This document shows positions 63,906 to 64,000 of a stretch of DNA of 64,000 nt, in pieces. The stretch lies in assembly GCF_001194135.2 (NCBI RefSeq), contig NC_068992.1:1618561-1682560 (forward strand), given 5' to 3'. A model generated the notes under the pieces. The model had not been told where the DNA came from and made no database searches. It was given only the letters and a program-made list of their open reading frames with translations. The translations under genes and the position numbers were made by a program. How positions within the stretch are numbered: position 1 is the first letter of the stretch; each line of letters starts with the position of its first letter. Source of the stretch: Octopus bimaculoides. Lineage: Eukaryota.

Positions 63906-64000
63906 CAATAATTTGAGCTCATGTGTGAGCTCATATACACATTGAGTTATATATAATTTTCAAACCATGAAACATTTGTATGGAAGAGAAGGATTTGATC

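Overview
AT-rich eukaryotic scaffold with nine N-gaps, most of them opening or closing on (TA)n. It is dense in TA/CA/GA/GATA microsatellites and tRNA-derived SINEs, which by my recall of the repeat families points to an octopus (coleoid cephalopod) genome. That assignment is inference, not a database result. I found no convincing host protein-coding gene, and nearly all listed ORFs are microsatellite or gap artefacts. The window reads as a gene desert or large intron full of decayed mobile elements: RTE-, CR1- and R4-like LINE pieces, Penelope-like GIY-YIG pieces, a Helitron Rep/helicase, and hAT, mariner, Chapaev-like and Academ-like DNA transposons. The standout is a ~300 bp non-autonomous element at 12737-13036. 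It joins a tRNA-like Pol III head, a (TAA)n spacer and a minimal type I hammerhead ribozyme core (CTGATGA - 6 bp stem II - GAAA - loopless palindromic ACGT stem III). Its 3' tail is transposed in inverted orientation to its 5' end, and it sits between imperfect target-site duplications. Two more partial copies lie in the window, and Penelope-like endonuclease remnants lie about 1 kb away. All protein-family calls are by-eye motif matches on frameshifted sequence and need HMM confirmation.
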